A stretch of 64,000 nucleotides of DNA from the NCBI GenBank assembly GCA_032128875.1, contig JAVLKG010000001.1:128001-192000 (forward strand). Reading direction: 5' to 3'. A program made the translations under genes and the position numbers. Origin of the DNA: Candidatus Melainabacteria bacterium 17Bon1m (lineage in GTDB: Bacteria; Cyanobacteriota; Vampirovibrionia; Obscuribacterales; Obscuribacteraceae). Shown piece by piece: positions 58,730-64,000 of this stretch. The notes below the pieces were generated by a model. It searched no databases and was not told the DNA's origin. It saw nothing but the letters and a program-made list of their open reading frames with translations. Position 1 is the stretch's first letter. Each line of letters starts with the position of its first letter.

Positions 58730-59626
58730 ATGGACGAAAGTACATTTTGGAAAATAATTGAAGATGCAAAGAAACGGACTTCCGGTGATGTGGAAGCTCG
58801 TATCCAAAAGATCCATCGCGCTTTGAAAAAGTGTTCCAACCAAGATTTGACGCAGTTTTATGCAATCGTGCAAGAGAAAATAGGTCGCGCTAATCGTTGG
58901 GATCTGTGGGCTGCCGCTTTCTTGGACAACGATGGCTGTGGTGATGATGCATTCGAGTATTGGCGCGCTGGACTCGTTCTAGCGGGACAGAAGGCATACG
59001 AGGCGGTGCTCGCAGAACCGGACATGCTTTCGAAATTCACTGTCGATTTTGCTGAGGAGTTATCGTACGCTCCAATAATAGTATGGGAAGAGCGAAATCC
59101 TGGCGTTGATTTCCCAGAGACTGAACTGAATGTCAAATCATTAGAACTAGAAGGCGAGCCGTTCGACGAGGAGGATAGCGAATGGTTTAAGCAAAATTTT
59201 CCCAAGCTTCTAAAGAAGACTCAAAGAAAATTTGGTTTGGAGCGGCGTCCAAAGCCCCCGCCACCGCCGAAAGAGTTTTTCTTTAAGGTTTATCTGCCGA
59301 CACTAGATTCGAGTTATGTAAGCGAGATCCAAAAGGTTATGGATAGTGTGATGCTGACTTGGGAAGGAATTTATGGAATTCCATTTATCTCTGTTGGAAA
59401 CACAGAACGCGGTGAATGCATGTGGGAAGTTTTCAGTCATAATCAAACTACACTTGAAGAATTAGAAGAGCGGGTACGCGCACTTGCTTTGCACGAGAAG
59501 ACCATTATTACTAATGACAAAACAAAAATTCTCGGAACTGGTCTTATTCGCCCCTACCACATGCGCTGTCCCCATGTGAATCCGCCATTTGAAGGACAAA
59601 TATCAAATGAATGGCCTAAACGATGA
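58730..59626 (+). CDS. DUF4240-domain protein with C-terminal extension
   Basis: MDESTFWKIIE, LWAAA.....GCGDDAFEYWR and EELSY. Confidence 0.82.
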   Translation: MDESTFWKIIEDAKKRTSGDVEARIQKIHRALKKCSNQDLTQFYAIVQEKIGRANRWDLWAAAFLDNDGCGDDAFEYWRAGLVLAGQKAYEAVLAEPDMLSKFTVDFAEELSYAPIIVWEERNPGVDFPETELNVKSLELEGEPFDEEDSEWFKQNFPKLLKKTQRKFGLERRPKPPPPPKEFFFKVYLPTLDSSYVSEIQKVMDSVMLTWEGIYGIPFISVGNTERGECMWEVFSHNQTTLEELEERVRALALHEKTIITNDKTKILGTGLIRPYHMRCPHVNPPFEGQISNEWPKR

Positions 59627-59642
59627 GTGGATTATTCTGGGC

Positions 59643-59825
59643 TTGACAATGTCGCTTCAACCGGGATAATGGAATGTATGGACATATTATTTACACCTAG
59701 TCGCGAACAAAAGATGTATGGCACCGTAAATCGGGGCTCGGAGTGACGCAGGCGTAAATAACTGATCAAAAGCATCTGTAGTCATTTAGCGAGCCCTTTC
59801 AGAAACGAGAGGGCTTTTAGTTTTA
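59643..59825 (+). promoter_or_regulatory. Promoter and attenuator leader (uORF, antiterminator, terminator) upstream of tRNA-Ser/rtcB
   Basis: TTGACA-16-GATAAT and uORF 59678-59746. GGGCTCG (59734-59740) is complementary to CGAGCCC (59790-59796) at the 5' arm of the terminator GAGCCCTTTC/GAGAGGGCTT plus T-tract. Confidence 0.7.
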
Positions 59826-59842
59826 TCTATATATGCGAATTT

Positions 59843-59929
59843 GGAGAGATGGCTGAGAGGCCTAAAGCGACGTTCTGCTAAGACGTAGATGGCTGAGTCC
59901 ATCCGTGGGTTCGAATCCCACTCTCTCCG
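59843..59929 (+). tRNA. tRNA-Ser(GCT), CCA not encoded
   Basis: Acceptor GGAGAGA/TCTCTCC with discriminator G, anticodon arm ACGTT-CTGCTAA-GACGT, long variable arm, T-arm GTGGG-TTCGAAT-CCCAC. Confidence 0.95.
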
Positions 59930-59979
59930 AGGAACAAAAAGGAACACAATAAGTGAAATAACAAACAGAGGACACGGAC

Positions 59980-61221
59980 ATGGAGATTTTTACACCAAAG
60001 GACAAAACTTACGACATCATGCGAACTGAAGGCTCTGTCCCAGTGAAGATGTGGACCCGCGGCGTGCAGCTCGAGGAAGAGGCGCGCAAGCAGTTGAGCA
60101 ATATCACAAAGATGCCGTTTGTTTTCAGGTGGGTCGCAGCCATGCCCGATTGTCACTGGGGTACCGGCGCCACCGTCGGCAGTGTCATACCCACACGTAA
60201 GGCAATTATTCCAGCTGGAGTAGGAGTCGATATTGGATGTGGTATGGTCGCTGCGCGAACAAGCTTGCGCGCATCTGATTTGCCTGACGATCTCGCGTCA
60301 GTCAGGCGTGCAATCGAAACCGCTGTTCCACATGGTCGTACCGACAACGGTGGACCTAATGATCGAGGTGCGTGGAAAGACGTGCCAAAGGCAGTTGAAG
60401 ACGCTTGGTCCGGACTTGCTGAAGGCCACAAGGCAATTGTGGATAAGCATCAAAAACTTGCGAGAAGCAATACGGTAACGCATCTTGGCTCGCTAGGTAC
60501 GGGCAACCACTTCATTGAAATCTGCCTAGATGAGGATGATGCCGTGTGGATTATGCTTCACTCTGGTTCTAGAGGAATCGGTAATGCCATCGGTAAATAC
60601 TTCATTGAAGTTGCGAAGAAAGATATGGAAAAGTGGTGCATCACTGTACCGGATCAAGATCTTGCATACTTGCCCGAAGGCACGGACAATTTCAATGAGT
60701 ATTGGAAGGCGTTGATGTGGGCGCAAAAATTCGCTCAAACAAACAGAGACGTCATGCTTAACTCAGTCATTGCCGCGCTTCGCAAGTGCAAGTTGCCTAA
60801 TTTCGAGATTACTTCCGAAGTTGTAAACTGCCATCACAACTATGCAGCTCTTGAGCATCACTACGGTGAAAACATCTATGTGACGCGTAAGGGCGCTGTG
60901 AGAGCGCAGGAAGGTGACTTGGGAATCATCCCAGGATCTATGGGTACCAGATCGTACATCGTGCGTGGAAAGGGAAATCCAGAAAGCTTCAACAGCTGCT
61001 CTCACGGAGCAGGTCGAGCAATGTCTCGTGGTGAAGCCAAAAAGAAGTTCTCCCTGGAAGATCACGCAAGAGCTACAGCTGGGGTTGAATGCCGAAAGGA
61101 CCTAGATGTTATCGACGAAACACCGATGGCATATAAGTCAATCGACTCTGTGATGGAAGCTCAAAAAGATCTGGTAGACATTGTCCACACTTTGAAGCAG
61201 GTTATCTGCGTCAAGGGATAG
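59980..61221 (+). CDS. rtcB: RNA ligase RtcB
   Basis: MPDCHWG.G, VGVDIGCG, GSLGTGNHFIE, HSGSRG, HHNY, RKGA, PGSMG and SCSHGAGR. Confidence 0.97.
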   Translation: MEIFTPKDKTYDIMRTEGSVPVKMWTRGVQLEEEARKQLSNITKMPFVFRWVAAMPDCHWGTGATVGSVIPTRKAIIPAGVGVDIGCGMVAARTSLRASDLPDDLASVRRAIETAVPHGRTDNGGPNDRGAWKDVPKAVEDAWSGLAEGHKAIVDKHQKLARSNTVTHLGSLGTGNHFIEICLDEDDAVWIMLHSGSRGIGNAIGKYFIEVAKKDMEKWCITVPDQDLAYLPEGTDNFNEYWKALMWAQKFAQTNRDVMLNSVIAALRKCKLPNFEITSEVVNCHHNYAALEHHYGENIYVTRKGAVRAQEGDLGIIPGSMGTRSYIVRGKGNPESFNSCSHGAGRAMSRGEAKKKFSLEDHARATAGVECRKDLDVIDETPMAYKSIDSVMEAQKDLVDIVHTLKQVICVKG

Positions 61222-61230
61222 AGTCAGGAA

Positions 61231-61315
61231 TCGGAAGACAGCAACTGTCGGAAGACAGCAACTGTCGGAAGACAGCAATTGTCTGAAGACAGCGATTGTC
61301 TGAAGACAGCGATTG
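61231..61315 (+). repeat. Five tandem 17-bp self-complementary repeats (TCGGAAGACAGCAACTG and variants)
   Basis: Units at 61231, 61248, 61265, 61282 and 61299, with progressive divergence. Confidence 0.92.
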
Positions 61316-61427
61316 ATCGTTGAGGCACTGAATATGGTGCCTCACGGTCTATGCTGCCGAGTTTCAGAAAAAAATTCAAATAATTCACTGCCGCATGCAT
61401 GTTCGCATGGGCAAAGGTAGGTGTGTC

Positions 61428-61604
61428 ATGAAAATCTATGTTCTTTTGCGTGACGGAGTTCCCCTTGGTTATGCGCTGGCTGCTGCCACGCACTGTACCC
61501 TTGGGCGAAAGCCATTTCTATCCAACTCTGAGAGGACCAGTTTCTCTTTCTGTTGTTCTGATTTTTGGAATATGATGTTCCAGATTTACCGCTGTGTTTC
61601 TTAG
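61428..61604 (+). pseudogene. Probable truncated peptidyl-tRNA hydrolase 2-like gene
   Basis: MKIYVLLRDGVPLGYALAAATH resembles the Pth2-like N-terminus. Resemblance ends after about 27 aa, near the end of the convergent gene. Confidence 0.45.
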
Positions 61605-62072
61605 CGGATTTAGTTCAGCGATTGTGGTAGGCGAGATTGTTTTTGCGGTTGTTTCGAATTTGGGAACGAGAGTTTTTGCCGTACCGCCAGCGCTGTCGAA
61701 GAAACTAATTCCGTTCTTTGCCAGGTGCTTCATGCCACATCTAACAAAGAATGCCGCTGCTGCAATTTCAAGTCCAATAACTAGAACGCCGGGAACGCCT
61801 TCATCCTTTTTGTCTGTGGTGCTCGCTAAATTTGCTTGTTCTGCGCCGGGTTGTACCCTTGCCTCGTCCTGATGATGAGCATTTGTCCCGACTGCAGTAA
61901 TACTGCTTTCGGCTGCACCACCTGGGGAGTGCGTGACGCCTTGAGGCATGCGATAGCGATCCCATTGATCTACGCCAGATACTTGTTCATTCGTATCGAA
62001 AAGACTTTGTTCAGCGAGTTGACCACGAATAGCCGCGGAAAGGCTCGCTCCCAAAAATTGACTCTCATTCAT
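61518..62072 (-). CDS. Hypothetical protein with one hydrophobic segment
   Basis: 184-aa ORF with AAGGA upstream of ATG. Confidence 0.6.
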   Translation of the reverse strand: MNESQFLGASLSAAIRGQLAEQSLFDTNEQVSGVDQWDRYRMPQGVTHSPGGAAESSITAVGTNAHHQDEARVQPGAEQANLASTTDKKDEGVPGVLVIGLEIAAAAFFVRCGMKHLAKNGISFFDSAGGTAKTLVPKFETTAKTISPTTIAELNPLRNTAVNLEHHIPKIRTTERETGPLRVG

Positions 62073-62486
62073 AAGCCAATTCCTTTAAGGAAGTGAGTTT
62101 TGCGCTTAAGCGCGTATGTGGGTTTCCGTAGGTGACTCCAGATTAATTCCACGATCTAACTAAAGTGTGACTAAAGTTAGTCATGGAATTCGTATAAATC
62201 CCACAGGCTAAGCTTCCATGGTGTTGCATATGCACTCGGTGCTTGGTTTTTGAGCTTTTTGGCAACGTTGGGCGACGTGGGATTGTTTCGACGATACTTC
62301 TGATTTTGGAAATTTGTAGGGAGCGAAAAATTCTATTTCTTTCATTGGAAAAACACTTTGGTGCGGGTTTTTCGAATGATATTGACTAAGGCGTGCAACT
62401 GGCGTGCAAATCCTGAAACACAATGCTGTGACAACTTCTGGGCTGTTTTTAGTTCGCGCAGGTTAGTGCCCGTGCGAGCCCAGATT

Positions 62487-63554
62487 TTAATGATTCGCTA
62501 TGGTGTCCTGCGTTCCCTCGTCAGTTGCAAGTTTGCTATTTAATAGCGCTCGAATTTGTTGAACCGCTTTGTTTGCGGCAATTTCTCCAGCCTTCATTGC
62601 ACGTACTGCATCCTCCGTTTTTTTTGAATACAGCGGCATTTGTGCAAGCGTTGGATGAATTTCCACGTCCGCATAATCGGTGTGATGTCCATCTAATTCG
62701 GACAGCATAATGCTGAGAACTCGATTTCCGTATGGTGTTGCGCGAGTGAGCTGCGCTGGAGTGAGAACCTCTAGCTTTTCATCAACATTAACTGCGATCA
62801 CTATATCTGCGCGACTTTGTCTTGCTTGTAGCGTTGGCACATTTGCTCGAAGTGCGCCGTCGACGAGGAATTTGCCTTCGATGACGATTGGTTTTACATA
62901 AAAAGGAATAGCGGAGCTTGCTTGAAGTGCTCTGCCGAGATTTCCGTATTCGAGGGTAATCGGTTTGCCGTCGAGCAGATTAGTAGCGACTGCTACAAAC
63001 GGGATTTCACTATGTTCGATTTCACGCCTGTAAGGCGAAACATGTTTGTTGACATACGATGCGACATTGTTGCTCGAATGTAGTCCGACGAGATTGGTTC
63101 GCAAACCCAAGGCAACTTTTGCCGAGCGTATAAACATTGAGGATGGAATTGTCATCAATTTCAAAGTGTCGGGAGTCGGTGTGAAAGCTTTGAAAAGTGA
63201 TCGGTCGCGAAACATTTGTTCGATTGCTTCGAGTGGAACTCCGGCTGCGTACATACCGCCAACGACAGCTCCCATACTGCTGCCTGCTATAAAATCAATT
63301 GGCAGATTCTCGCGCTCAAAAACCTTCAGCACTCCAATATGCGCGGCTCCCCTCACGCCGCCACCGCCTAATGCCAGCGCGATGGTGGGTCGAGTCTTTC
63401 TTGCTGACACTGCAGGCAGTGGCGTCGAGGGAGCATATACCGACGCGGTCGGTAGGTATGCAATTTCATTTGCCGCATGAAGCGGAGTGGTAAAAGTAAA
63501 AAATCCTAAGAGCGATAATGCTGTCGCAAGATGGTTTTTCCATGGTTTAAACAT
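62487..63554 (-). CDS. Patatin-like phospholipase with signal peptide
   Basis: ALGGGGVRGAAHIG, GSSMG and DGA motifs. Confidence 0.93.
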   Translation of the reverse strand: MFKPWKNHLATALSLLGFFTFTTPLHAANEIAYLPTASVYAPSTPLPAVSARKTRPTIALALGGGGVRGAAHIGVLKVFERENLPIDFIAGSSMGAVVGGMYAAGVPLEAIEQMFRDRSLFKAFTPTPDTLKLMTIPSSMFIRSAKVALGLRTNLVGLHSSNNVASYVNKHVSPYRREIEHSEIPFVAVATNLLDGKPITLEYGNLGRALQASSAIPFYVKPIVIEGKFLVDGALRANVPTLQARQSRADIVIAVNVDEKLEVLTPAQLTRATPYGNRVLSIMLSELDGHHTDYADVEIHPTLAQMPLYSKKTEDAVRAMKAGEIAANKAVQQIRALLNSKLATDEGTQDTIANH

Positions 63555-63686
63555 CGTCCTATCCTCTCTTCCTCTTTCAGAGGTCTCAATCGGACCAGCC
63601 AGGAGAGAGCCGGGGTGCTCTCTCTGCTGGAAGCCGACCGGGAGAACTGGAAGAACTGCAAACTATCCAATCTCTCCAAGAAGAAA

Positions 63687-63998
63687 CTACTTGGTTAGAG
63701 ACAAGAGAGCTTCTTTGACTTGATCTTTGAAGGAATCGCACTTTTGCTTACCCTCGATCATGTACGCCCACTTTTGTTGATTGGCGTTTGCAACTAATTT
63801 GGCCAGTGCGTCCAGTTTTGCACCGGAGTTCTTCTCAATTTCCTGTTTGATTTTGTCTTTCAGGACCTCTTTCCAAGCTTCGTCTGCCAGGCAAAGCAAT
63901 TTTTCAGGTGCGTTGCAGCATTCGCTGTCGCCGCTGTGATGCGCTGCTGTTTCCGAACAAGCTCCAGAACCTTGGGTTTGGTCGCATGAACTACTCAT
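63687..63998 (-). CDS. Small hypothetical protein with Cys/His-rich N-terminus
   Basis: 103-aa ORF (SC...AC...HH...ECC, then helical). Upstream context lies outside the window. Confidence 0.7.
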   Translation of the reverse strand: MSSSCDQTQGSGACSETAAHHSGDSECCNAPEKLLCLADEAWKEVLKDKIKQEIEKNSGAKLDALAKLVANANQQKWAYMIEGKQKCDSFKDQVKEALLSLTK

Positions 63999-64000
63999 TT

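Noticed and set aside
61231-61315. Possible CRISPR array after rtcB
   Set aside because: 17-bp head-to-tail units with no spacers.

Overview
Bacterial chromosomal window. The zinc-ribbon/TPR Ser/Thr kinase, many TPR hypotheticals and cyanobacteria-like signalling genes suggest a Melainabacteria/Obscuribacterales-type organism (inference only). Most of it is metabolic and housekeeping genes: topB, a hybrid kinase, a desaturase, cyclic beta-1,2-glucan synthase, a TldD/PmbA pair, GT-C glycosyltransferases, rnhA, UvrA-like protein, glnS, uricase, copper amine oxidase, rsgA, def, tRNA-Ser and rtcB. The standout is a ~350-bp non-coding element present four times in direct orientation (10971, 12663, 14301, 24079). 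Each copy has a conserved upstream box, a -10-like hexamer, a ~275-nt multi-stem region with a k-turn and compensatory base changes between copies, and an intrinsic terminator. It is far better conserved than the two membrane-anchored PspA/IM30-like paralogs it precedes, and I cannot assign it to a known RNA family. A second theme is a translation-stress cluster with leader-peptide attenuators upstream of rsgA and of tRNA-Ser/rtcB, plus a likely ATT-initiated RHH gene. All alignments and structures were done by eye.
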